The notes below the pieces were generated by a model. The model ran no database searches. It had not been told where the DNA came from and was given only the letters and a program-made list of their open reading frames with translations. Both the position numbers and the translations under genes were made by a program. This document shows, piece by piece, positions 16,091 to 23,119 of a stretch of 50,736 bases of DNA (position 1 is the stretch's first letter; each line of letters opens with the position of its first letter). The DNA is taken from the IMG/VR virus record IMGVR_UViG_3300017963_000077. One strand, 5' to 3'. The stretch is from a virus.

Positions 16091-17173
16091 TTAATTAATA
16101 TTGTTTAAGTTATTCCAGTGTTTTTCAGATACATCAATAAATTTTCCGGCTTTTCGCTCAAGCTCAATTCTGCGATCATAACTTCTCACTGATTGGGCCG
16201 TTTGTGTTAGTGCTTGTGATGTTCCATATTGTGAATAATCACCTTCGGAAAGAAAATTTTCAAGGTATGTATTTTTTTCATTTTTCCCTAAATTAAAGTT
16301 ATCCGCGACAACTTCACAAAATTTAACTTTGTCTTTTGCGGTCACTTTTCTTTCGGCAGAAATTTCAAGGCGATTACATTCATTTCTGAACCAGTCTGGA
16401 TTAAAGAAAGTTCCCAGAATTATATCTTTCATTTGCATTGTAACAGTTTTCATCATTTGAATTTGTGTAGCTTGTCTATAGTGTTCATTGTCTTCATCAA
16501 TATTGCCGCCAACATGGTATTTTCTATATACGTCGGCAGATATCATTCCATTTTTACATACTTGCCGCCAAATAAAAGGTTCTATTCGAACACTTCCGGC
16601 GCCAACTTCGGAATTGCTTAAAATGATTCCGGGAAAAACTCTATCGTTTGCTTTTACCGAAGTATTTATTATTTCATCTCTTGATCTGTCAATCAACTTT
16701 ATATACATTTTTTTTTCTGTTAGTGAGCAATCTTTAGTTTCAATGTCCAGTCCGGTATCAACAAGGTTGTCTTTAATAATCAAAAGCAATGAATTTAAAA
16801 CATTTTCGTTATCAATTTTTTGATACCGTTTTGATAAAAATGCTCTCGCTGTTCCGTTTATTGTTCTTATATATCTTTTGTTGTCGTCAAGAGCTAAAAA
16901 AGTGTTTACTGTTATTTGATACAGATCAGGGTACTCATTTCGTAGTCTGTCATAATACTGCTTGGGTATTTTGTATGCTGATGAGATTTGTTGGTTAAAA
17001 TGATCATTCATGTCAAACATTGTTTGTGATGAGTCGTCAATATTAAGTTTGTTGTTTCTGTCAATCCACACGCTTGATGGAGTGACTGCATAATCTTTTT
17101 TGTTTTTACTCTGAACTTTTACAAGTTCTGCGACTTCTCTAAAATCTGAATTTGTTTTTGTTGTTAATTCCAT
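16091..17173 (-). CDS. DUF932-like phage/plasmid protein
   Basis: 360 aa. ILSNSEVGAGSVRIEPFIWRQVCKNGMI resembles the conserved NS-x-DGS...R-x-VC-x-NG core of DUF932. Confidence 0.55.
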   Translation of the reverse strand: MELTTKTNSDFREVAELVKVQSKNKKDYAVTPSSVWIDRNNKLNIDDSSQTMFDMNDHFNQQISSAYKIPKQYYDRLRNEYPDLYQITVNTFLALDDNKRYIRTINGTARAFLSKRYQKIDNENVLNSLLLIIKDNLVDTGLDIETKDCSLTEKKMYIKLIDRSRDEIINTSVKANDRVFPGIILSNSEVGAGSVRIEPFIWRQVCKNGMISADVYRKYHVGGNIDEDNEHYRQATQIQMMKTVTMQMKDIILGTFFNPDWFRNECNRLEISAERKVTAKDKVKFCEVVADNFNLGKNEKNTYLENFLSEGDYSQYGTSQALTQTAQSVRSYDRRIELERKAGKFIDVSEKHWNNLNNIN

Positions 17174-17188
17174 TTTAATTCTCCTTAA

Positions 17189-17494
17189 TTAATTAAATGC
17201 GTCAAATTCTATTGTTATGTTACCAATAAAAAATTTAACAGTAATGGATTTATACTTTTTATTTATTTCAATGCACTCTATTTTTCCGGAAATATTTCCG
17301 CATCCGCATGGCAAAAAATCGTATTGCCATTCATTTCTACTTTTATAATATGCTAGGGCAACCCTTGTTATTCTTTGGAAATGGTGGTCATTACTTTTAT
17401 CCCAATTAATTTTAACAAAGATTTTTTCAAATTTATTAATTTCATAAATTTTGTTATTAATCGTTCCGAGTAAGGGATTATATATGACTCTCAT
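17189..17494 (-). CDS. Hypothetical protein
   Basis: 101-aa ORF with SD AGGAGAAATGAAATG. Confidence 0.55.
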   Translation of the reverse strand: MRVIYNPLLGTINNKIYEINKFEKIFVKINWDKSNDHHFQRITRVALAYYKSRNEWQYDFLPCGCGNISGKIECIEINKKYKSITVKFFIGNITIEFDAFN

Positions 17495-17510
17495 TTCATT
17501 TCTCCTTTTC

Positions 17511-17783
17511 TTATAAAAATTTAATATGTCCGTTTGCTGTGATTAATAATAATTCGGTTTCTTTTATCAACATTTTAATAACTTTTGCACCTATACTGAA
17601 AATCCCGTTGTCAAAAATTAAGGTTAAATAATCTGAATTACTTAGTTTGACAGTATTAAATGAAATGGTTATTGTTGTATGGTTACTTGTGAACTGGCAA
17701 ACAGTAAACGGATTTTTATCAATCTTGGAAATTGCATCTAAGACTTGTTTTTTGGACGGATTTAAAATTTCTATTTTTGCCAT
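17511..17783 (-). CDS. Hypothetical protein
   Basis: 90-aa ORF with SD AAGGAG upstream. Confidence 0.55.
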   Translation of the reverse strand: MAKIEILNPSKKQVLDAISKIDKNPFTVCQFTSNHTTITISFNTVKLSNSDYLTLIFDNGIFSIGAKVIKMLIKETELLLITANGHIKFL

Positions 17784-17802
17784 TGATTAACTCCTTAAAT
17801 TA

Positions 17803-17820
17803 AAGCTGCCCCCTCAGCTT
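17803..17820 (-). terminator. Intra-operon hairpin AAGCTG-N6-CAGCTT (possible attenuator)
   Basis: 6-bp stem between 17829..18467 and 17511..17783. The U-tract is poor. Confidence 0.25.
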
Positions 17821-17828
17821 GGTTATTA

Positions 17829-18467
17829 TTATATTACAAAAGTGCCTTTGAAAGAAATATTAATAATTTGATCTAAATGAAAGGATCTTATTCCGTTATA
17901 AATATCTTTTACGATTAGCAAAGTTGGATCAGTATTTACTTTATCGGTTTTCTTTTCATATTTAAATTTTTTCAAACAAAACATTTTGCGGATTGTTCCG
18001 TCTTTTTTCTTAAATTCAACATGAACAATTTTTCCGTTTGAATATTCAAATATTTTTTGTGCAATATCGCAAGTGTCAAAGTCTTTATACTTAAAATTTA
18101 CAAAAGGCATCTCTTCTGTGATTAATAAAGAATGTAAGTGGTTTCCGAACTCTGATAAAATTTCAATAGCCTGGGCAACAAGGTTTTTTTCATAAAATTG
18201 GGTTGTAAAAGTTTCAAAATCCGAACAAATCGAAAAACTCGTTTCATCAAGAACAAGTTCAAATGTTTCTGTAACAGCAATAGTCTCATAATCAACTTCC
18301 GGGTTGCTTTGATTTGCAAATGCCGGAAAATCATTATAATCGTAAGAAACAGTTAAAAACAGTTGATCTTGTTCTATACTTTCATAAAGTTCAACATCGG
18401 CGTCGCCATAGAAAAAACCGTCTCTAATTTCTTTTTCCAAAACATCTTTAATAGTTAACTTTTTCAT
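17829..18467 (-). CDS. Acidic N-terminal domain + DUF2693-like C-terminal domain protein (first gene of the promoter-copy-A operon)
   Basis: Start at MKKLTIKD behind AAGGAGAAATAAAATG. C-terminal VHVEFKKKDGTIRKMFC...LLIVKDIYNGIRSFHLDQIINI resembles the (T/E)F-KKDG-x-R...W/Y-x-x-x-x-x-RSF-x-LD pattern recalled for DUF2693. Confidence 0.55.
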   Translation of the reverse strand: MKKLTIKDVLEKEIRDGFFYGDADVELYESIEQDQLFLTVSYDYNDFPAFANQSNPEVDYETIAVTETFELVLDETSFSICSDFETFTTQFYEKNLVAQAIEILSEFGNHLHSLLITEEMPFVNFKYKDFDTCDIAQKIFEYSNGKIVHVEFKKKDGTIRKMFCLKKFKYEKKTDKVNTDPTLLIVKDIYNGIRSFHLDQIINISFKGTFVI

Positions 18468-18574
18468 TTTATTTCTCCTTTTTTGTTTGTGTAAGTAAGT
18501 AACCAAATATAATATTTTATATTATATTTGTCAAGGACTTTTTACATTATTTTAACTTTTTTTTATTGTTTGTT
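18460..18574 (-). repeat. 115-bp duplicated promoter/operator/5' leader, copy A
   Basis: 114/115 identical to 15745-15859. Confidence 0.95.
18506..18534 (-). promoter_or_regulatory. Promoter TTGACA-17nt-TATATT with overlapping 10-bp inverted repeat (copy A)
   Basis: Same sequence as copy B, offset by 2715 nt. Palindrome at 18505-18529. Confidence 0.6.
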
Positions 18575-18588
18575 TATGGATTTTCCCA

Positions 18589-18617
18589 TTGACTAAATAT
18601 AAATTTATTGATATATT
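18589..18617 (+). promoter_or_regulatory. Divergent + strand promoter TTGACT-17nt-TATATT
   Basis: TTGACT at 18589-18594 and TATATT at 18612-18617, in the divergent intergenic region. Confidence 0.45.
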
Positions 18618-18687
18618 CTTTTATCTATTGTTTTTTGTGAAAATATAAATAAAGAAATTTTGAACGGAATAATATTAAAAAAAAATA

Positions 18688-18716
18688 TTGAAACCTTTGT
18701 AGGCAAGGCATATATA
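18688..18716 (+). promoter_or_regulatory. Second promoter-like site TTGAAA-17nt-TATATA abutting the TTG start at 18718
   Basis: TTGAAA at 18688-18693 and TATATA at 18711-18716. If it is used, the transcript would be nearly leaderless. Confidence 0.3.
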
Positions 18717-18717
18717 A

Positions 18718-19575
18718 TTGAATCCTAAATATCCGATTTATATTATTTCAAAAGGGCGCTGGAAAGATAGATTGACAAGCAAAGCCCTTGAAAAAACAAA
18801 TGTTCCGTATAGGATAGTGGTTGAGCAGCAAGAATACGAACAATATGCACAAGTTATTGATGGAAAAAAAATTCTTGTTTTGCCATTCTCAAATTTAGGA
18901 AAAGGCAGTATTCCTGCAAGAAATTGGGTTTGGGAGCACTCAATTAAAGAAGGACATAAAAAACATTGGATATTAGACGACAATATAAGAGAATTTTACA
19001 GATACAACAACAATCAAAAAATCAGACTTGCCGATGGCACTGGGTTTAAAATAATTGAGGATTTTGTAGACAGGTTTAATAATGTCCCAATGGCGGGAAT
19101 GAATTATGAATCATTAGTTCCCAGAAGGCAAAAACACCCACCTTTTCATTTAAACACGCGGATTTATTCTTGCATTTTATTGTCCAATGAAATAGGCCAT
19201 GTTATTAAATGGCGTGGCCGATACAATGAAGACACTGATTTATCGCTTAGATTTTTAAAATTTGGTTATTGTACTATATTATTTAATATTATTCTTGCAA
19301 AAAAAATTGCAACAATGTTAATGAAGGGTGGAAATACAGACGAATTATATAAACAAAATTCTGACTTTGATGGCCGTTTAGAAATGGCTAAATCTTTACA
19401 AAGACAGCACCCAGACGTTGCTAAAATCACATGGAAGTGGGGGCGATGGCAGCATCAAGTAAACTATAAGCCATTCAAAAACAATAAACTTAAATTAAAA
19501 GAAAATGTTGAGATTCCAAAAGGGATTAATAATTATGGTATGGTATTAAAAAAAATTGATCGTAAAAAAGACTGA
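18718..19575 (+). CDS. GT-A-like nucleotide-sugar transferase candidate, paralog 1 (TTG start)
   Basis: 285 aa. YIISKGRW, HWILDDNI (DxD-like) and RGRYNEDTDLSLR (ED.DL..R, as in GT2/GT-A). An in-frame TAA at 18715-18717 forces the TTG start. The N-terminus is conserved with the paralog at 21684..22592. Confidence 0.55.
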   Translation: MNPKYPIYIISKGRWKDRLTSKALEKTNVPYRIVVEQQEYEQYAQVIDGKKILVLPFSNLGKGSIPARNWVWEHSIKEGHKKHWILDDNIREFYRYNNNQKIRLADGTGFKIIEDFVDRFNNVPMAGMNYESLVPRRQKHPPFHLNTRIYSCILLSNEIGHVIKWRGRYNEDTDLSLRFLKFGYCTILFNIILAKKIATMLMKGGNTDELYKQNSDFDGRLEMAKSLQRQHPDVAKITWKWGRWQHQVNYKPFKNNKLKLKENVEIPKGINNYGMVLKKIDRKKD

Positions 19576-19592
19576 AAAATAATGGTAAGAAA

Positions 19593-20258
19593 ATGAAAAT
19601 AGAATTAAAAGATTATCCAAACAATCCCCGGACTATTAGCGATGACGCCTTAAGCAAACTCGGAAAATCCATGCAAGAGTTTGGCGACCTGTCTGGGATA
19701 GTCTTAAACAAAAAAGACGGATATTTAATATCTGGCCACCAAAGAGTTAAATCACTTTTAGAACGTTACGGCAAATATGATATTGACATAGTCGAAATGC
19801 TCCCGGATGGTGAACAAAGGGGTTATGTGGAGCCGGAACACATATCTTTTAGATTAGTCGACTGGGATGAAGGTAAAGCCGGAGCAGCACGATTAGCCGC
19901 AAATAAACATGGCGGCGAATGGGAGCAAGACAAACTCGAAAAAGAATTAAAGAAACTAATTGACCTTGATATTGATATGGATTTGAGCGGGTTTGATGAT
20001 GATGAAATAAATATTGATACAAATTTTGATAATAAAGAAATAGCTCATAAAACTTTACAAGAGAGGTTTTTAATTCCCCCGTTTTCTGTTTTAGATGCAC
20101 GTCAAGGTTATTGGCAAGAACGTAAAAGGGCCTGGATTGCATTGGGAATAAAAGGTGAAGAAGGCAGGAAGGGGGACATTTTAATTAATGCGGAACAATT
20201 GACAACGGAAAATCTGAATTATTATCGAAACAAAAAAAACAGGCATAATCGGAGGTAG
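19593..20258 (+). CDS. ParB/Srx N-terminal-domain protein carrying the N-terminal part of a ParB-methylase fusion
   Basis: NPRTISDDALSKLGKSMQEFGDLSGIVLN..GYLISGHQRV is the ParB-like box. The C-terminal PPFSVLDARQGYWQERKRAWIALGIKGEEGR is, from memory, the linker normally continuous with a methylase domain. Confidence 0.7.
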   Translation: MKIELKDYPNNPRTISDDALSKLGKSMQEFGDLSGIVLNKKDGYLISGHQRVKSLLERYGKYDIDIVEMLPDGEQRGYVEPEHISFRLVDWDEGKAGAARLAANKHGGEWEQDKLEKELKKLIDLDIDMDLSGFDDDEINIDTNFDNKEIAHKTLQERFLIPPFSVLDARQGYWQERKRAWIALGIKGEEGRKGDILINAEQLTTENLNYYRNKKNRHNRR

Positions 20259-20284
20259 TCCCTTACCAATGGATAGAGGTTGGC

Positions 20285-21046
20285 ATGGGTAAAAACGCAA
20301 GAACATGCGGACAGGATTTAATGAAAGGTGAAAACATGACGGCTGGCACTTCAATATTTGACCCCGTTCTTTGTGAAATTATATATAAATGGTTTTGTCC
20401 TGACAACGGACATATATTAGACCCGTTTGCGGGTGGTTCTGTAAGAGGTATTGTGTCCAATTATTTAGGCTATAAATATACCGGTGTTGAATTAAGCCCT
20501 GATCAAGTGGATGCAAACATAAAACAGGCAGAAGACATTATACCAGTTAATAAACCTACATGGGTGCTCGGTGATTCTGTAAATATAAAACAATTAGTAA
20601 AAGGTGAATTTGATTTAATATTTAGTTGCCCACCATATTTTGATTTAGAAATTTATTCTGACAACAAACAAGATTTATCTAATTATGAAACGTATGAAGA
20701 TTTTATTAAGGCTTATAAACAAATAATTCAAGATAGTGTGTTTCTATTAAAAGAAGATAGATTCGCTTGTTTTGTAGTTGGAGACATACGAGACAAGAAA
20801 GGATTTTATAGAAATTTTGTAACCGACACTATAAACGCTTTTAATAAATCAGGCTGTTTATTATATAATGAGGCTATACTTGTGACGAAAGTTGGCTCTT
20901 TACCTATAAGGGCCGGGATATACTTTCAAAGTGGCAGAAAATTAGGGAAAACACATCAAAATGTTTTAGTGTTTTATAAAGGCAATCCTAAAAACATAAA
21001 AGAAAATTTTAGTGAAATTGAAATAAGTGATAAATTATTAAATTAA
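20285..21046 (+). CDS. SAM-dependent DNA methyltransferase (N6-adenine / N4-cytosine class)
   Basis: TSIFDPVLCEIIYKWF..GHILDPFAGGSVRG is motif I. FSCPPYFDLE is the (S/D/N)PPY-type motif IV. Confidence 0.75.
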   Translation: MGKNARTCGQDLMKGENMTAGTSIFDPVLCEIIYKWFCPDNGHILDPFAGGSVRGIVSNYLGYKYTGVELSPDQVDANIKQAEDIIPVNKPTWVLGDSVNIKQLVKGEFDLIFSCPPYFDLEIYSDNKQDLSNYETYEDFIKAYKQIIQDSVFLLKEDRFACFVVGDIRDKKGFYRNFVTDTINAFNKSGCLLYNEAILVTKVGSLPIRAGIYFQSGRKLGKTHQNVLVFYKGNPKNIKENFSEIEISDKLLN

Positions 21047-21082
21047 TAAAGTCAATACAATAAAAAATAATGGTGTCTGAAA

Positions 21083-21715
21083 ATGAAAATAAAATTAAAA
21101 GATTATCCAAACAATCCCAGGACTATTAGCGATGATGCCTTAAGCAGACTTGGAAAATCTATGCAAGAGTTTGGCGACCTGTCCGGGATAGTATTAAACA
21201 AAAGAGACGGATATTTAATATCTGGCCATCAAAGAGTTAAATCTTTAATTGAACGTTACGGCAAATATGATATTGACATAGTCGAAACACTCCCGGACGG
21301 TGAACAAAGAGGCCACGTAGAACCTGAACATATATCTTTTAGGTTAGTCGACTGGGACGAAGGCAAGGCTGGAGCAGCACGATTAGCCGCAAACAAGCAA
21401 GGCGGCGAGTGGGTGCAGGATAAACTTGATGATGAATTGCAGAAACTAATCGACCTTGATATTGATATGGACTTGACTGGGTTTGAGGAGTCACAAGAAG
21501 TTGATTATGAAGAAATGTGGCAAGGTATGCCTGAATATAACAATGAAGACAAAACAAGTTTTAGGCATATAACGGTACATTTTAGAAATCATGAAGATGC
21601 TTTTGATTTTGGAAAATTAATCGGACAAAAAATAACGGAAAGCACAAGGTCTCTTTGGCACCCCAAGATAGATATTGAAACTTATGCAGACAAGGTGTAT
21701 ACAAGTGAATCCTAA
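21083..21715 (+). CDS. ParB/Srx N-terminal-domain protein, paralog 2, with a different C-terminal domain
   Basis: The first ~133 aa differ from 19593..20258 at about 12 positions. The C-terminus is MPEYNNEDKTSFRHITVHFRNHEDAFDFGKLIGQKITESTRSLWHP. Confidence 0.7.
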   Translation: MKIKLKDYPNNPRTISDDALSRLGKSMQEFGDLSGIVLNKRDGYLISGHQRVKSLIERYGKYDIDIVETLPDGEQRGHVEPEHISFRLVDWDEGKAGAARLAANKQGGEWVQDKLDDELQKLIDLDIDMDLTGFEESQEVDYEEMWQGMPEYNNEDKTSFRHITVHFRNHEDAFDFGKLIGQKITESTRSLWHPKIDIETYADKVYTSES

Positions 21716-22592
21716 ATATCCATTATATATTGTATCGAAAGGTCGCTGGAAAAGTAGATTAACAAGTAAGGCATTAGAACAAATGAAAGTGCCTTACTAT
21801 ATAGTGATTGAAGAACAGGAGTATAAAAAGTATTCTTCAGTTATTGATAAAAAGAAAATTTTAATACTTGATAAAAAATATCAAGACGAATATGATACTT
21901 TTGATAAATTGGGAGACTCGAAAAGCAAGGGCCCTGGGCCTGCAAGGAATTTTGTATGGGAGCACTCAATAAAAAATGGCAATAAATGGCATTGGGTAAT
22001 GGATGATAATATTGCTCGCTTTTTTCGCTATAACAACAATCTTAAGGTCCCCGTTACTAACGGGACATTATTCAAATGTATGGAAGATTTTGTCTCAAGA
22101 TATACAAACATAGCAATGGCTGGCCCAAATTATTTTATGTTTGTATCACGTAAAAGTAAAATGCCACCAATTGTATTAAATACAAGAATTTATTCATGTA
22201 ATTTAATTCGCAATGATGCCCCTTTTCGATGGAGGGGACGTTATAATGAAGATACTGATCTATCGTTGAGAATGTTAAAGGCTGGTTGGTGTACGGCACA
22301 GTTTAATGCTTTTTTACAGGAAAAAATAACAACTCAATATCTTAAGGGCGGGAATACTAAAGAATTTTATATCAAAGAGGGAACTTTACCTAAATCACAA
22401 ATGCAAGTCGCTATGCATCCAGATGTATCAAAAATAGTATGGAGATTTGGACGGTGGCATCACTATGTAGATTACAGGCCATTTAAAAACAACAAACTCA
22501 AATTAAAAGAAAATGTTGAGATTCCAAAGGGGATTAATAATTACGGAATGGTTTTAAAACAAGTCAATACAATGAAAAAGAAAAGACTGTAA
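21684..22592 (+). CDS. GT-A-like nucleotide-sugar transferase candidate, paralog 2 (start 21675 TTG, 21684 ATG or 21705 GTG)
   Basis: YIVSKGRW, HWVMDDNI and RGRYNEDTDLSLR are conserved with paralog 1. The last 27 aa block PFKNNKLKLKENVEIPKGINNYGMVLK is identical. The 5' end overlaps the ParB paralog 2 stop. Confidence 0.55.
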   Translation: MQTRCIQVNPKYPLYIVSKGRWKSRLTSKALEQMKVPYYIVIEEQEYKKYSSVIDKKKILILDKKYQDEYDTFDKLGDSKSKGPGPARNFVWEHSIKNGNKWHWVMDDNIARFFRYNNNLKVPVTNGTLFKCMEDFVSRYTNIAMAGPNYFMFVSRKSKMPPIVLNTRIYSCNLIRNDAPFRWRGRYNEDTDLSLRMLKAGWCTAQFNAFLQEKITTQYLKGGNTKEFYIKEGTLPKSQMQVAMHPDVSKIVWRFGRWHHYVDYRPFKNNKLKLKENVEIPKGINNYGMVLKQVNTMKKKRL

Positions 22593-22648
22593 GGACTTTG
22601 AAAATATTTTATTAACAAGTTTAAAAAAATAATAGAATAGGATTAAAA

Positions 22649-23119
22649 ATGTCAAGACCTCACGGTAAAAGTGAAAAAGAAAAATTAAAGCTTAAGATAT
22701 CAGAGTTATATTTGAAGGGATACCGGCAGAATACAATCTGTAATAAATTAGAAATTTCCCAAACAACTGTTTCAAAATATTTAAAAGAAGCGATTAATGA
22801 TTGGAAGCTTGAATCTTTAAATAATATAGATGAAAAAATTGAAGCAGAGCTGGCAAGAATAAACATGCTGGAAGTTACTGCATGGGAGTCGTTTCAAAGA
22901 TCGACCGAAAATAAACAAAAAACAGTCAGGCGGCAAAAAAGAACACAAAGAGGCGAAGAGACAGACGGCTCAATTCAAGAGGAACAATTAATTGGTGATC
23001 CGAGATTCTTGTCAATTATACAATGGTGTATTACTAAAAGAGTAGAGTTGATGGGGTTAATAATGCCGCAGGAGAACAAACATGTTGTAATTATAGCGCC
23101 TGAAAAAAATGATGAATAA
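22649..23119 (+). CDS. terS: Terminase small subunit candidate (HTH)
   Basis: 156 aa directly upstream of and overlapping terL. HTH at ICNKLEISQTTVSKYLKEA. Confidence 0.55.
   Translation: MSRPHGKSEKEKLKLKISELYLKGYRQNTICNKLEISQTTVSKYLKEAINDWKLESLNNIDEKIEAELARINMLEVTAWESFQRSTENKQKTVRRQKRTQRGEETDGSIQEEQLIGDPRFLSIIQWCITKRVELMGLIMPQENKHVVIIAPEKNDE

Noticed and set aside
16433-16998. Three + strand ORFs (62-111 aa) antisense to the DUF932-like gene.
   Set aside because: They lie fully inside a well-supported minus-strand CDS, have no SD, and have a low-complexity hydrophobic composition.
19593-21715. The two ParB-like proteins as a plasmid-type parABS partition system, linked to the terminal repeats as a centromere.
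   Set aside because: No ParA/Walker-type partner is present. One ParB carries a methylase-type linker, and both sit in a DNA-modification context. Binding to the iterons is left only as an untested option in the iteron finding.
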